IMG/VR virus record: IMGVR_UViG_3300024420_000237
Span: 1 to 64,000 of that record
Direction: 5' to 3' (one strand)
Source of the DNA: an uncultured virus (IMG/VR IMGVR_UViG_3300024420_000237)
Taxonomy: Duplodnaviria; Heunggongvirae; Uroviricota; Caudoviricetes
DNA length: 64,000 nucleotides
The translations under genes and the position numbers were made by a program. Below, piece by piece: positions 1 through 9,399 of this stretch; position 1 is the first letter of the stretch; each line of letters begins with the position of its first letter. The notes beneath the pieces were generated by a model. It had not been told where the DNA came from and ran no database searches. It saw only the letters and a list, made by a program, of their open reading frames with translations.

Positions 1-2
1 AA

Positions 3-746
3 TATGGTTTAACTGGTGCTAGTGCAATGACCTTGACTGCATGTAGCACAGGCATCTATAGTGTTATATGGGCGGCCATGATGATTGAAATGGGTATGGT
101 AGATAATGTAATAGCAGGTTCTGTAGATAAAACTATACACCCAGATGCATTCAAACAGATGGGAAAACTCAGAGCCTTATCAACCAAATATAATGATACA
201 CCAGAAAAAGCATCAAGACCTTATGATACTCAACGTGATGGATTAGTATTAAGTGAAGGCGGTGCGTTATTCTTATTGAGTAAACATAAGACGGACAATA
301 CAATATGCGAGATTGATGGTTATGCTATCAATAATGATGCCTATCAAACTGTTGCTCCTCATCCTGACGGCAAGGTTGTACAAGAATGCATGAAAGATGC
401 TTTAAAAGACACAACACCTAGTCTTATTAATGTACACGGAACATCAACACCTATGGGAGATTATGCGGAACTAGATGCTATCAATAGATTAGGATTACAG
501 GATGTACCCATAGTTGCTAACAAATCACAGTTAGGACACTGTATGGGCGCCGCTGGTTCTGTAGAACTTGCTATGTCTATTATGTCTCTAAAACACGCTA
601 TTATACCGCCTACGGTGAACGTAGAAGCGTTTGAAGAAGGTTATAGTCCAAACATACGTAGTAAGTCAGAACGTGCAGAAATAACCTCTGTATTGTGCAA
701 TTCTTTCGGTTTTGGTGGCACAAATGCTAGTATTTTGATAAAATAA
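3..746 (+). CDS. fabF: Beta-ketoacyl-ACP synthase II (FabF/KAS II type), 5'-truncated by window edge
   Basis: Frame is open from base 3 (YGLTGASAMTLTACSTG). Cys-His-His catalytic motifs TACSTG, HGTST and KSQLGH are present, plus SRPYD..RDG and C-terminal NSFGFGGTN. Confidence 0.92.
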   Translation, partial: YGLTGASAMTLTACSTGIYSVIWAAMMIEMGMVDNVIAGSVDKTIHPDAFKQMGKLRALSTKYNDTPEKASRPYDTQRDGLVLSEGGALFLLSKHKTDNTICEIDGYAINNDAYQTVAPHPDGKVVQECMKDALKDTTPSLINVHGTSTPMGDYAELDAINRLGLQDVPIVANKSQLGHCMGAAGSVELAMSIMSLKHAIIPPTVNVEAFEEGYSPNIRSKSERAEITSVLCNSFGFGGTNASILIK

Positions 747-769
747 TTAGTTTTTTATCTCTCAAAAGG

Positions 770-797
770 TTGACAGGTTGTAAATCTGTAGTATAAT
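770..797 (+). promoter_or_regulatory. Sigma70-type promoter
   Basis: TTGACA (770-775), 16 bp, TATAAT (792-797); AGAGAG SD-like sequence before ATG 828. Confidence 0.75.
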
Positions 798-827
798 ATA
801 AGTATATTAACAATAAAGAGAGACCAA

Positions 828-1112
828 ATGATAACACTAAAATCGCTAAAAAATGACTATATAGTAAACATTAGACCTGTTGATGCTCCAGCTGGAGAAG
901 TTGACCAATTATCAGTGTTTGCTTATGATAGTGACCATGCTAAAGATATCATACAAAAGATATTGGACAGAGGTGTTAGAGTCCCTATGTTAGGAAAAGA
1001 TGTAGAATATATGGTGGAAAGTGTATATGTTCCTGGTTCAGATGAATATGCTACTAAGCCGGTAGAGCATAATAGACCTTCTGCTCATATTGGGAGTGCT
1101 TACATTGTCTAG
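828..1112 (+). CDS. Hypothetical protein
   Basis: 94-aa ORF downstream of a consensus promoter and SD-like sequence; no motif recognised. Confidence 0.7.
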   Translation: MITLKSLKNDYIVNIRPVDAPAGEVDQLSVFAYDSDHAKDIIQKILDRGVRVPMLGKDVEYMVESVYVPGSDEYATKPVEHNRPSAHIGSAYIV

Positions 1113-1275
1113 TCTATCAAATGTGTCATTGCCAGTTAAATACGTAAAAGGCAATAGGGATGGTAAATATCATAAGATTACTACAAGTGATATGGATTAT
1201 TACACTAAGTTTGCTTTAACCAGGGAACAACTAATTAAAGAACGTAATGCGATTAATGAAGTATTGAAAACTTGA
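1090..1275 (+). CDS. Small hypothetical protein (start uncertain)
   Basis: TTG-start ORF filling the gap between neighbours; its stop lies within the next promoter. Confidence 0.45.
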   Translation: MGVLTLSSLSNVSLPVKYVKGNRDGKYHKITTSDMDYYTKFALTREQLIKERNAINEVLKT

Positions 1276-1299
1276 CAATACAGCGAATCGTGTTAATAT
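1272..1299 (+). promoter_or_regulatory. Repeated early-type promoter with GANTC in spacer (copy A)
   Basis: TTGACA 1272-1277, GAATC 1285-1289, TGn-TAATAT 1294-1299; 28 bp (1268-1295) identical to 31712-31739. Confidence 0.85.
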
Positions 1300-1308
1300 G
1301 TATACATA

Positions 1309-2655
1309 ATGAAAGATAAAGGTAACGTTCACATGCAAGTATCAAATCAGAAAACAGTTGATGAAATAGTAGATGATGTATTGAAAGATGCAGGCATTGA
1401 AGTAGATGAAAATTCAGAAGAACCCGTAGTATTCGAATACACTGACCGAGAAGTAAAAGAAATGATTGTCGGCGGTCGAGTACGTATGCTTATCAAACAT
1501 CCGTTCTTTGGTACACTTGCTACACGATTAAAACTAGTTGAGGCAGAATGGTGCCCAACAGCCGCAGTTGATGGCAAACATTTTTATTATAACTGTGATT
1601 TTTTCAGAACTCTAACACCGGAAGAGATTGACTTTGTAGTAGGTCATGAGGTTCTTCACTGTGTATATGACCATTGTGGTGAGGGCGGTCGTCTATTCGA
1701 TTTTGAAGAGGAGGATCGTGATGCTCAACTTTGGAATGTAGCCGCTGACTATAAAGTTAATCAAGGTTGTGTTGAAAGTAGAATTGGTGTTATGCCAAAA
1801 TCTGCACTATTCGATCCTAAGTATCATGGTAAATACACTGAGGAAATTTATCAACATCTGAAACAAACAGGTCAAGGTGAAGACAAAAAAACACTTGACC
1901 AACATATCATGGGTAATGGCAATGATGAAACAGGTGGCACAGGTGGTAACGATCCTACAGGACGTAAAGCGCCTATCAAAATTTCTAAACAGGAAGCAAA
2001 ACAACTTAAAGACCAAATGAAACAGGCTGTTATTCAAGCGGCTCAAACTGCTGGTGCTGGTAATATGCCTGGTGATATCAAAAGACTTGTTAAGTCTATG
2101 ACAGAACCTAAAATGGATTGGCGACAGTTACTTAATACATCTATTTTAAGTTTACTTAAATCAGATTTTACATGGATGCGTCAATCAAGGAAATCTAGGT
2201 CTATGGGTGTTTATCTTCCAGGTCAAGACAATGATACTATGGTTGACTTAGGTATCGGACTTGATGTTTCAGGTTCTATTGATAATAAAATGTTAGCTGA
2301 CTTCATGGGTGAAGTTGGAGGCATCATGCAACAGTTTCAGGACTTTAGACTTAGAGTTTGGACTTTCGATACTGAGGTTAATGAATTTTCATTCAAGGAG
2401 TTTACTCCGATGAACCAAGAAGAAATCAAAGATTATGAAATCGTTGGTGGAGGTGGTACTGATTTTGAATGTAACTTTAACTTCATGGAACAAAACGATA
2501 TCAATCCTGATAAGTTTGTAATGTTTACTGATGGATACCCATTTGGTAGTTGGGGTAATCCAAATTACTGTGATACACTATTTGTAATTCATGGCAGTGA
2601 CTCAATCGTCCCACCGTTCGGTGAACACGCTTACTACCACAAAGAAGCCGCATAA
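1309..2655 (+). CDS. Metallopeptidase-like (HExxH) + VWA domain protein (DUF2201-like)
   Basis: HPFFG, TAAVDG and HEVLH in the N-terminal half; MIDAS-type DVSGS, GGGGTDF and FTDG in the C-terminal half. Confidence 0.85.
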   Translation: MKDKGNVHMQVSNQKTVDEIVDDVLKDAGIEVDENSEEPVVFEYTDREVKEMIVGGRVRMLIKHPFFGTLATRLKLVEAEWCPTAAVDGKHFYYNCDFFRTLTPEEIDFVVGHEVLHCVYDHCGEGGRLFDFEEEDRDAQLWNVAADYKVNQGCVESRIGVMPKSALFDPKYHGKYTEEIYQHLKQTGQGEDKKTLDQHIMGNGNDETGGTGGNDPTGRKAPIKISKQEAKQLKDQMKQAVIQAAQTAGAGNMPGDIKRLVKSMTEPKMDWRQLLNTSILSLLKSDFTWMRQSRKSRSMGVYLPGQDNDTMVDLGIGLDVSGSIDNKMLADFMGEVGGIMQQFQDFRLRVWTFDTEVNEFSFKEFTPMNQEEIKDYEIVGGGGTDFECNFNFMEQNDINPDKFVMFTDGYPFGSWGNPNYCDTLFVIHGSDSIVPPFGEHAYYHKEAA

Positions 2656-2660
2656 ATACT

Positions 2661-2682
2661 AGGGAGTATAAAACTCCCTTTT
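2661..2682 (+). terminator. Intrinsic terminator
   Basis: AGGGAGT-ataaa-ACTCCCT followed by a short T run, just after stop 2655. Confidence 0.7.
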
Positions 2683-2704
2683 CATACGAGAATAAATATC
2701 ATTA

Positions 2705-3247
2705 ATGAGCGATACCTTACTACTAAATGCGGACTACAAACCTTTATGCCTCTCGCCACTTTCTACTTTAACATGGCAAGAAAGTATTAAACTCATTTGG
2801 TTGGATAAAATTAATGTATTAGAATGGCATGATGATTGGGAAGTACATTCGCCTAGTCATACTATGAAAGTTCCTGCCGTAATTGCAGTACGTGAATATG
2901 TATCCCAAGATAGAGAAGGTATAAACTTTTCACGTAAAAATGTATTCATACGTGACCATTACACTTGTCAATATTGTTTGGATTCTTTTAATCATAAAGA
3001 CTTGACTTTGGACCATGTTAAACCTAGATCCAAAGGTGGTAAGTCTGGTTGGGAAAATATGGTGACGGCATGTAAAAAATGTAATACAACTAAAGGCTCA
3101 CGTACTGATATTAAGCCAGTCAAAACACCAATCAAACCAAATTTCTTTAGTTTAATGGCTCAAAAGAATTTTACAATGAAAGTCAGGCACCAGGTTTGGC
3201 TCAGATATCTGGATTGGCCGGAAGAATACGTGAAAATTATAGCATAA
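2705..3247 (+). CDS. HNH endonuclease (McrA-like family)
   Basis: LLNADY N-terminus; RDHYTCQYC, TLDHVKPRSKGG, WENMVTACKKCN. Confidence 0.9.
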   Translation: MSDTLLLNADYKPLCLSPLSTLTWQESIKLIWLDKINVLEWHDDWEVHSPSHTMKVPAVIAVREYVSQDREGINFSRKNVFIRDHYTCQYCLDSFNHKDLTLDHVKPRSKGGKSGWENMVTACKKCNTTKGSRTDIKPVKTPIKPNFFSLMAQKNFTMKVRHQVWLRYLDWPEEYVKIIA

Positions 3248-3261
3248 TTTCAAATAAAGTA

Positions 3262-3290
3262 TTGACTTCGTTCCCTCAATTTGTTATAAT
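3262..3290 (+). promoter_or_regulatory. Sigma70-type promoter
   Basis: TTGACT, 17 bp, TGt-TATAAT (extended -10). Confidence 0.7.
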
Positions 3291-3354
3291 AGTAGTTGAA
3301 TAATTAAGTTATTCTATTATATATAATAATCTAATGTCAAAGGAGTATACAACA

Positions 3355-3627
3355 ATGACAGAAGCAAACAAAAATCCAGAGGAAGTTCAATCAGAACAAC
3401 CTTCGGTAACAGTAAATGACTTGGTTAATATTTACAATATTATTGACTTAGCATCAAAGCGTGGCGCTTTTCAAGCCGCGGAATTATCATCAGTTGGAGC
3501 AATCGCCAACAAAGTGAAGGCATTCGTTGACCATGTCCAAGCACAACAAAAAGCGGCGGCGGACGCGGCTGGTGAGGCGGCAGGAGAACAACCTGCTGAA
3601 ACTACGGGCGAAGGTTCGGCTAGTTAA
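3355..3627 (+). CDS. Hypothetical protein (alternative start 3334)
   Basis: AAGGAG SD before ATG 3355; helical core IIDLASKRGAF and an acidic Ala-rich tail. Confidence 0.75.
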   Translation: MTEANKNPEEVQSEQPSVTVNDLVNIYNIIDLASKRGAFQAAELSSVGAIANKVKAFVDHVQAQQKAAADAAGEAAGEQPAETTGEGSAS

Positions 3628-4266
3628 ATGGCAATTACTAAACACATTGGTAGACATAAAGGCACAGGTCAACGCCTAAGTGTAGTCTTTATGCAAATAC
3701 CAGAAGACAAGGAACATGCTCTAGTAGTTTACTCGGACATGTTGCAAGACAAATTCCATGATGATTTTATGGCGGCTATCGTATCGCCAGAAGGCCAAGC
3801 GGCAAATTCATTGCATGAGGCACTTCAACGTAAAACATTTTGGAATGGGGAAACAATGTTAGAATCACTACATACCAGAGGTCACTTGAAAAAGGTACCA
3901 GTGGATGCAGTGATAATGCAACCAACTCCGCAAAAGCAAATTCCATTAGGAGATATTCTCGAACAAATGGAAAGGATTGCCGATGGTGCTGAAAGACCAG
4001 CAGAAGATGTTGGCGAAATGCCAGGCGAAAGGATTGATGAACAAGTTGCACTAAATAGTGAACAAGATAACAAATCAATCGCACAAAATCTTTTACAGCA
4101 GGCTATTCTATTAGAAAATGAAGCTGAAAAGAAACGTGCAGAGGCAGTTAGATATGATCCAACTCTGGCACAAAAGGCGGCAGAAGCCCCTAAACGTGGT
4201 AGAGGTAGACCAAAAGGTACTACTAAGGAAGCTATCGCGGCAAAAACAACCTCAGCGGAGATGTAA
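3628..4266 (+). CDS. Hypothetical protein with C-terminal AT-hook motif
   Basis: Abuts upstream stop; coiled-coil-like segment followed by PKRGRGRPKG. Confidence 0.75.
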   Translation: MAITKHIGRHKGTGQRLSVVFMQIPEDKEHALVVYSDMLQDKFHDDFMAAIVSPEGQAANSLHEALQRKTFWNGETMLESLHTRGHLKKVPVDAVIMQPTPQKQIPLGDILEQMERIADGAERPAEDVGEMPGERIDEQVALNSEQDNKSIAQNLLQQAILLENEAEKKRAEAVRYDPTLAQKAAEAPKRGRGRPKGTTKEAIAAKTTSAEM

Positions 4267-4270
4267 AACT

Positions 4271-4540
4271 ATGAGTAAGCGTAGTGAAATATTAGATGCA
4301 ATTACACGTGAACGTGAAAAGCATACAGATATGCCAGGTTCAGAATTAGATATTAAGAACAAACCCAATGATTGGGTTGCAATAGCTTCTTACTATCTTG
4401 TACAGAACACCCGGAGAGCCACTATGCTTACTCCACCAACAGCGGATGATTATAAAGAAAACCTCATTAAAGCAGGTGCAGTAATCTTAGCCGCAATAGA
4501 GCATATTGATTCTATGAAAGACAAGGACGAATTATCATAA
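4271..4540 (+). CDS. Small all-helical hypothetical protein (possibly MazG-like fold)
   Basis: ATG 4271 follows the previous stop, so the track start 4118 is unlikely. EILDAITRERE...ENLIKAGAVILAAIE only loosely resembles all-alpha NTP pyrophosphatases. Confidence 0.55.
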   Translation: MSKRSEILDAITREREKHTDMPGSELDIKNKPNDWVAIASYYLVQNTRRATMLTPPTADDYKENLIKAGAVILAAIEHIDSMKDKDELS

Positions 4541-4884
4541 TGGAATTTGATAGAGAAGGAGAATTCGACCGAGTAATGGAAGAGATATTTCCAGTAAGTA
4601 TTCCTTCAGCTTTTGTTAAAAGCATAAGTGTTAAACTAGCGAACGGTCAGCATGTCGTCCTCAAAGGCGATGAGTTACTAAATCCTTTACCTGTTGCTAA
4701 TGATTTTAGTTGGGATAGACTTGTAGAGCAATTCGATGCAATAGAAGATATCCAAGTATTCATTGATATGCCTGCTATTAGGCAAAACGTAGTAATGAAT
4801 GTGAAAAAGATACTAAATAATCATTTCATAGAGTACTTAGAAACTAAGTCCAATAAGAAACAGGAGAAGGATGATGGCGACTAA
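4540..4884 (+). CDS. Hypothetical protein
   Basis: TAATG stop/start overlap with upstream gene; 114 aa. Confidence 0.7.
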   Translation: MEFDREGEFDRVMEEIFPVSIPSAFVKSISVKLANGQHVVLKGDELLNPLPVANDFSWDRLVEQFDAIEDIQVFIDMPAIRQNVVMNVKKILNNHFIEYLETKSNKKQEKDDGD

Positions 4885-5395
4885 TATGATTCTCGCCGCT
4901 GATAGTTACGGTGGCATTGGTTATAACAACGATTTACCTTGGGCTAAAATCAAACGAGACTTGAAATGGTTTTCGGAACATACTACAGATAATGTAGTTG
5001 TTATGGGTTCAAATACATGGAAAAGTTTAGGCAAAATAGCCCCACTTAAGAATAGAATTAATTACGTAATAACATCTAAGAGTATGGATGAATTCACAGG
5101 TGCCCATGATTTATATGACCATACAGAATATTCATTAGAAAATATTGTTACTGCAATTCAATCAAGACACCCTAGTAAAGAAATATTCATCATTGGTGGT
5201 AAACACTTATACGATGATGCTTATAAATTTTGTGATAAGATTTATTTGACAAGGATAGATGGTGTTCATTCAGTGGATACTACATGTGATATAACAACTT
5301 ATTTAAAAGATTATACACAATTAACAGCAAGTAAAGAATTAAACCCACACCCGGAACCCCATTGTACATTTGAAGTGTGGCAGAGAATTGAATAG
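4871..5395 (+). CDS. folA: Dihydrofolate reductase
   Basis: GIGYNNDLPW, DLKWF, VVMGSNTW.SL, PLKNRINYVIT, IFIIGG, IYLTRI; SD AGGAG. Confidence 0.95.
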   Translation: MMATNMILAADSYGGIGYNNDLPWAKIKRDLKWFSEHTTDNVVVMGSNTWKSLGKIAPLKNRINYVITSKSMDEFTGAHDLYDHTEYSLENIVTAIQSRHPSKEIFIIGGKHLYDDAYKFCDKIYLTRIDGVHSVDTTCDITTYLKDYTQLTASKELNPHPEPHCTFEVWQRIE

Positions 5396-5840
5396 CTTTA
5401 ATAATCTTTTCGATGGTGATAAAGAACCAGAAACAACTTTTAAACAATGTTCCAAATGCAATGAGATATTGGAATCTGACAATTTTAGTTGGGGAATAAA
5501 CTTTGGTATACGAAAACAAAGACATGAATGTAAAAAATGCGAAAAGCATTTACAAACAGTCAGAGCCAGACTTAGAAAACAACACGTAAGACCTGCTAAA
5601 GATTTTTGTTGTCCTATATGTTTAAAGAACGAACAAGAGTTACAAGGGATAGGCGGAAAGAATCGCAGTGTTTGGTGTGTAGACCATGACCATGATACAG
5701 ATGAATTCAAAGGTTGGCTATGTCATAAATGTAACAGAACACTTGGTGGATTTTATGACGATATCGATATGTTAAAACGGGCTGTTGTATATGTTGAAAG
5801 AGTAAATAGAAAAAGTAAAATGAGGAATAAGAATGTCTAA
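5370..5840 (+). CDS. Endonuclease VII-family (His-Me finger) nuclease, probable free-standing homing endonuclease
   Basis: CxxC pairs, CPIC, VDHDHDT...GWLCHKCNRTLGGFYD; overlaps both folA and thyA. Start may be TTG 5388. Confidence 0.85.
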   Translation: MKCGRELNSFNNLFDGDKEPETTFKQCSKCNEILESDNFSWGINFGIRKQRHECKKCEKHLQTVRARLRKQHVRPAKDFCCPICLKNEQELQGIGGKNRSVWCVDHDHDTDEFKGWLCHKCNRTLGGFYDDIDMLKRAVVYVERVNRKSKMRNKNV

Positions 5841-6714
5841 TTGGAGTGAAGAAGAATATTTAGAACTGCTATACTATGTTATCAACCAAGGAGAACTAAG
5901 AGACCAAGAAAGAACTGGTACCGGAACTCGTAGTAAGTTTTTTTCACATTTAAACTTTGAATTAGAAGCTGGATATCCCCTACTAACTACAAAGAAAGTA
6001 AACTTTAAAGCAGTACTCAGTGAACTACTTTGGTTCTTAGAAGGTTCCAGTGATGAACGTAGACTAGCAGAAATTCATTATGGTAAACCTAGAGAAGAAC
6101 TTATAGACAAGAATACTATCTGGACTGCTAATGCAGATAATCAAGGCAAAGACTTAGGCTTTACTAACACTGATACAGAAAAGAACTTAGGACCCGTATA
6201 TGGCGTCCAATGGCGCTCATACAACGGTGCTAGACGTAGAGTTGACCAGATAGCTGAACTAATAAAAGGTATTAAAGAGAATCCACAATCACGTAGGCAT
6301 ATTCTTAATGCATGGAATCCAAGTGATATAGATATGATGGCTTTACCTCCATGTCATACTATGGCACAGTTTTATGTATCCAATGATAATAGATTACATT
6401 GTAACATGTACCAACGTAGTGCAGATTTATTCTTAGGAGTTCCATTTAACATTGCATCATATTCTTTATTAACATATATGATTGCACATGTATGCAAACT
6501 AGGTGTAGGTGAACTGAATCATATCTTTGGTGATGTGCATGTATATGTCAATCATAGTGATGCAATCAAAACACAATTAGGTAGAACTGCTAAACCATAC
6601 CCTAAATTAAAAATCAACAGAACTGTAGAATCAATAGATGATTTTAAAATGGAAGACTTTGAACTTGTTGGTTATGACCCGGAACCGTTTATAAAAGCAC
6701 CAATGGCTGTTTAA
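5833..6714 (+). CDS. thyA: Thymidylate synthase
   Basis: RTGTGT, PLLTTK, ELLWFL, LGPVYG.QWR, MALPPCH, YQRSADLFLGVPFNIASY, GDVHVY.NH. Confidence 0.97.
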   Translation: MSNWSEEEYLELLYYVINQGELRDQERTGTGTRSKFFSHLNFELEAGYPLLTTKKVNFKAVLSELLWFLEGSSDERRLAEIHYGKPREELIDKNTIWTANADNQGKDLGFTNTDTEKNLGPVYGVQWRSYNGARRRVDQIAELIKGIKENPQSRRHILNAWNPSDIDMMALPPCHTMAQFYVSNDNRLHCNMYQRSADLFLGVPFNIASYSLLTYMIAHVCKLGVGELNHIFGDVHVYVNHSDAIKTQLGRTAKPYPKLKINRTVESIDDFKMEDFELVGYDPEPFIKAPMAV

Positions 6715-7331
6715 AAAGGTATAGTATTTTCCCAAGGTAATCTTTTTGATTTATCTATTTTAGGTTTAGGTAAACAAAACACTAAATGGGTTCTTAGTAT
6801 TTTACTTGCATTTATGGCTGTGTGTACTTTAGTTGTATCAACTTTATATACACCACCATATGGTATTCTACATACTTTATCATCTATAACCATAAAGCAA
6901 TCATCATGTGTTACTAGAGGAATATGCAATCTAGGCGTCTTATCTTTATGATAAGTTAAGCATGTCTTCATACCTAACATCATAAATCTACCTCTCAGGA
7001 CTCCATATTTCTCGTTTAACGCATTAACTACTTCCCCTATGTAAGTATCTTTCCATAGGTCACATAGTAAATCAAACTGTTCCTCTTGTAATATTACGTC
7101 ACGCACTTTAGGACCAGAGTTTTCATAATCTTTCTCAGGAAAATAATCATCCCAATCATATATCAAACTACCACAACTATCTAATAGTTGCTTCTCCCCT
7201 TTAATGCCTTCTCTGCATTGAACTGCTATTTGTTTTTCGTTATCGATAAGTTTCTGTTCTATTCCTAATCCTTTAAACTCACCTAAAAGTCTTTTGTAAT
7301 TAAAATCTATATCTAATTTTTCTACACTCAT
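6711..7331 (-). CDS. Fe(II)/2-oxoglutarate-type oxygenase (Asp/Asn beta-hydroxylase-like)
   Basis: HxD facial triad YHKD, RLHIPL, HTAIN, RTHLV. Confidence 0.75.
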   Translation of the reverse strand: MSVEKLDIDFNYKRLLGEFKGLGIEQKLIDNEKQIAVQCREGIKGEKQLLDSCGSLIYDWDDYFPEKDYENSGPKVRDVILQEEQFDLLCDLWKDTYIGEVVNALNEKYGVLRGRFMMLGMKTCLTYHKDKTPRLHIPLVTHDDCFMVIDDKVCRIPYGGVYKVDTTKVHTAINASKILRTHLVFCLPKPKIDKSKRLPWENTIPF

Positions 7332-8248
7332 TCGAAATCCTCATACTTCTTGTCATGTTCTTGCAATGCATAAGACAGGCATAATCTATTAATATACCCA
7401 TCCCTTTCAAAGTGGTTGTGTTCTTCCTTGTTGCTTATGCCAAATATAACACTATCACTTGGTTCTATCTCTAGTTTTTTGCATAACTCAACTTGCTTAT
7501 CTCTGTATTTATTACACATATAGTCAGGACTGAACGCTTTCATTAATTCTGAATGTATTTTCATTCCTGCCATTTGTGTATAGTAATGTTCATTCTGTAA
7601 CTGCAATGGTGTCTGTTCACGTAATTTCTTATATAGAATGCCTGTACGCAGGCCGCCAGTTGAAAATGTTTTACTAAAGCTAAAAGCTACATGTGTAATA
7701 CAATCGTAGCTTAAATCCAAGGCCTCGACTTCTGAGACACCAAACAAGCAACAGTCTATAAAAACTTCACAATTTTTCTTCTCGCATATACGCATAATCT
7801 TACTCCAATCATGGTGTACATTTCCTGTAGCACTAAATGGATAGCTTATGATAATAAACATATTTTCTTCTATATCTGAGAAAGATTCTAATACAGGTAT
7901 TCCTAAGTCCTTATGATACGTGTACTCACCTCTGAATACGTTTAAGTCTACTGCATTTTCATAGAAGTCTGTGAATGCATCAGTAATACCATTGGTTACT
8001 AATCGTATAGGAAACTTATCTAACCCTTTTATCTTAAACTTTTTACTAGAATGTATCCACTTGTCATATTGTTCTATGAATGCCATTTGGTCATGTAGTA
8101 TTGAAAAGTCATAAGAGTCATTAAAGATATTAACTGAACTTCCTACTTTAATAACATCTTCATCTACAATAGCTTTTGCTTTACGAATAGCCTGTTGTCT
8201 ATTCTCACAATGTCTTGTAAATAAATCTATCTTATCCAATCTTTTCAT
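7328..8248 (-). CDS. PLP-dependent fold-type I enzyme (aminotransferase/decarboxylase-like)
   Basis: GITDAF, GEY.YH, ISYPFSATG, VFID, FSFSKTF (Schiff-base Lys candidate), GLRTG. ATG 8248 preferred over track start 8362. Confidence 0.65.
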   Translation of the reverse strand: MKRLDKIDLFTRHCENRQQAIRKAKAIVDEDVIKVGSSVNIFNDSYDFSILHDQMAFIEQYDKWIHSSKKFKIKGLDKFPIRLVTNGITDAFTDFYENAVDLNVFRGEYTYHKDLGIPVLESFSDIEENMFIIISYPFSATGNVHHDWSKIMRICEKKNCEVFIDCCLFGVSEVEALDLSYDCITHVAFSFSKTFSTGGLRTGILYKKLREQTPLQLQNEHYYTQMAGMKIHSELMKAFSPDYMCNKYRDKQVELCKKLEIEPSDSVIFGISNKEEHNHFERDGYINRLCLSYALQEHDKKYEDFE

Positions 8249-9398
8249 TAGGGTATATCCTGACCATTGAGCCTGGTGCACGTTTAGGTATCTTGCTATC
8301 CGCACTTGATACGCAACTCTCACTGATACATACTTTAGGTGCGTCAAACAACTTGAACCCACTCTCTACATATCCTAGAGGCTCATCCGAACAACTGTAT
8401 GAACGCTTGATAGAGCCATCAGGTTCTCTAATAATAATACCTTTAAACCCACTCGTACAATCCCAACCTTTGAACTTATTAAAGTTAAAAGCATTGAAAC
8501 GTTCTGCTTGGTCCATGTACCATTTCTTTCCCTTGCTGTCTTCAAACTCTACTTGCATAATTGGTGGGACACCTTTATCATCACCATTCATTATGTCTTG
8601 GTTCCACATAGTTTTCTTTGGCTTAGGTCTTATAATCTTTTTGCCTGTTGTCTTTTGTAAATCATCTGTGTATGCACGTTGAGGCATACCATTCTGCATA
8701 ATTTCTAATTGCTTCTCTGTATATCCCTTTACAACGAAAGACGCTGTAGGGTCACTCTGTGGCTTTAGAGTAACGTTTATACCACGATTATGAAAGTACA
8801 ATGCATTCTCCCAATCAACGTCAAATCTATCTGGTACTAAAACCATATTGATTGTTACTTGTACATCATATTCCATGCATAACAATAGTTTATCTGCAAA
8901 CTCTACTTTGTCCGCAAACTCTCTATGAAATGATGCAGTAATACTGGCACGGTGTACTTTGCCTACAATCTCGCAATACTTTTTAAACCAATCCATTTTA
9001 CGAGATATATTTGAGGTCATGTGTACACTAGTATAATTACAGTTAGGAACGTCATTAGCCAGATGCTCCAACATGTCAAGGTATCCTGGATGGAATGTAG
9101 GCTCACCTCCACTTAAACTAAAGTGAAAACTATTAAATCCATTAGCACGTGCTTGTCTCTTTATTTCATCAATAGTTGCTAAACACAATTCTGTAGGTCT
9201 ATGGTCTTTTCTATCTGACCTAGCATAAGGCCAACAATAACTACACTTGTAGTTACAGAAACGACCTAGTAACCAAGATACTGAAAACAAATCTCTATAT
9301 AATAGAGTACGTTGTCCTACTTTGACAATATCATCAAATGGTATCTGAGTAAAGTCATATTGTGACCACTTGAGAGAGTCTTTATCTATATTATCCAT
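8232..9398 (-). CDS. Radical SAM protein with C-terminal Cys cluster (subtype C)
   Basis: CNYKCSYC, SGGEPT, C-terminal GWDC..G...C...C....C. Confidence 0.92.
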   Translation of the reverse strand: MDNIDKDSLKWSQYDFTQIPFDDIVKVGQRTLLYRDLFSVSWLLGRFCNYKCSYCWPYARSDRKDHRPTELCLATIDEIKRQARANGFNSFHFSLSGGEPTFHPGYLDMLEHLANDVPNCNYTSVHMTSNISRKMDWFKKYCEIVGKVHRASITASFHREFADKVEFADKLLLCMEYDVQVTINMVLVPDRFDVDWENALYFHNRGINVTLKPQSDPTASFVVKGYTEKQLEIMQNGMPQRAYTDDLQKTTGKKIIRPKPKKTMWNQDIMNGDDKGVPPIMQVEFEDSKGKKWYMDQAERFNAFNFNKFKGWDCTSGFKGIIIREPDGSIKRSYSCSDEPLGYVESGFKLFDAPKVCISESCVSSADSKIPKRAPGSMVRIYPNEKIG

Positions 9399-9399
9399 A

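Noticed and set aside
5833..6714. Possible intron or intein in thyA
   Set aside because: The ORF is continuous with all motifs at normal spacing and normal length.
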